DNA of 64,000 nucleotides from a virus: UHGV virus genome UHGV-0133741; one strand, 5' to 3'. Shown piece by piece: positions 63,728 to 64,000 of this stretch (position 1 is its first letter; each line of letters starts with the position of its first letter). The notes under the pieces were generated by a model. It saw only the letters and a program-made list of their open reading frames with translations, ran no database searches and was not told where the DNA came from. The position numbers and the translations under genes were made by a program.

Positions 63728-64000
63728 ATGTCCAATTTACTGACCGTATACCAAAATTTGCCTGCATTGCCGGTCGATGCAACGAGTGATGAGGTTCGCA
63801 AGAACCTGATGGATATGTTCAGGGATCGCCAGGCGTTTTCTGAGCATACCTGGAAAATGCTTCTGTCCGTTTGTCGGTCATGGGCGGCATGGTGCAAGTT
63901 GAATAACCGGAAATGGTTTCCCGCAGAACCTGAAGATGTTCGCGATTATCTTCTATATCTTCAGGCGCGCGGTCTGGCAGTAAAAACTATCCAGCAACAT
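63728..64000 (+). CDS. cre: Cre recombinase (N-terminal part; continues beyond window end)
   Basis: MSNLLTVYQNLPALPVDATSDEVRKNLMDMFRDRQAFSEHTWKMLLSVCRSWAAWCKLNNRKWFPAEPEDVRDYLLYLQARGLAVKTIQQH. Confidence 0.95.
   Translation, partial: MSNLLTVYQNLPALPVDATSDEVRKNLMDMFRDRQAFSEHTWKMLLSVCRSWAAWCKLNNRKWFPAEPEDVRDYLLYLQARGLAVKTIQQH

Overview
This window is almost certainly a large segment of a P1-family phage-plasmid (Enterobacteria phage P1 / P7 lineage), read in the reference P1 orientation. The anchors are a perfect loxP site followed by cra and the start of cre at the right edge, then (right to left) the immC region (c1, coi), pacA with its internal pac site, pacB, lpa, pdcAB, doc, phd and humD. 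Further left are the ban helicase, plp, three tRNAs, the dual-domain Dmt methyltransferase, hrdC, the RepA/iteron replicon with parA-parB-parS, a sheath/capsid block, kilA-repL, the immI region (c4 region, icd, ant), the Sit tape-measure/transglycosylase block and the 5' part of the S tail-fibre gene. Asymmetric C1-operator-like 17-mers (ATTGCTCTAATAAATTT-like) recur in front of most early operons. No integrase, IS element, CRISPR array or rRNA was found. Identifications rest on my reading of the translations and on recall of P1 biology; no database search was run. Against this backbone, the most interesting loci are: (1) an AT-rich three-gene envelope cassette (11953-14237) at the position where P1 carries its sim superinfection-exclusion genes, one product ending in a peptide copied from Sit; (2) a T5orf172 (GIY-YIG-like) gene wedged between the incA iterons and parA (26886-27695); (3) a hok/mok-like type I toxin module after repL; (4) an ORF-poor region with three repeated hairpin RNA-like modules between the tRNAs and plp; and (5) a C1-controlled operon upstream of humD carrying an ASCH-like/PAPS-reductase-like pair, an AT-rich lipoprotein cluster and a Toprim-like protein.
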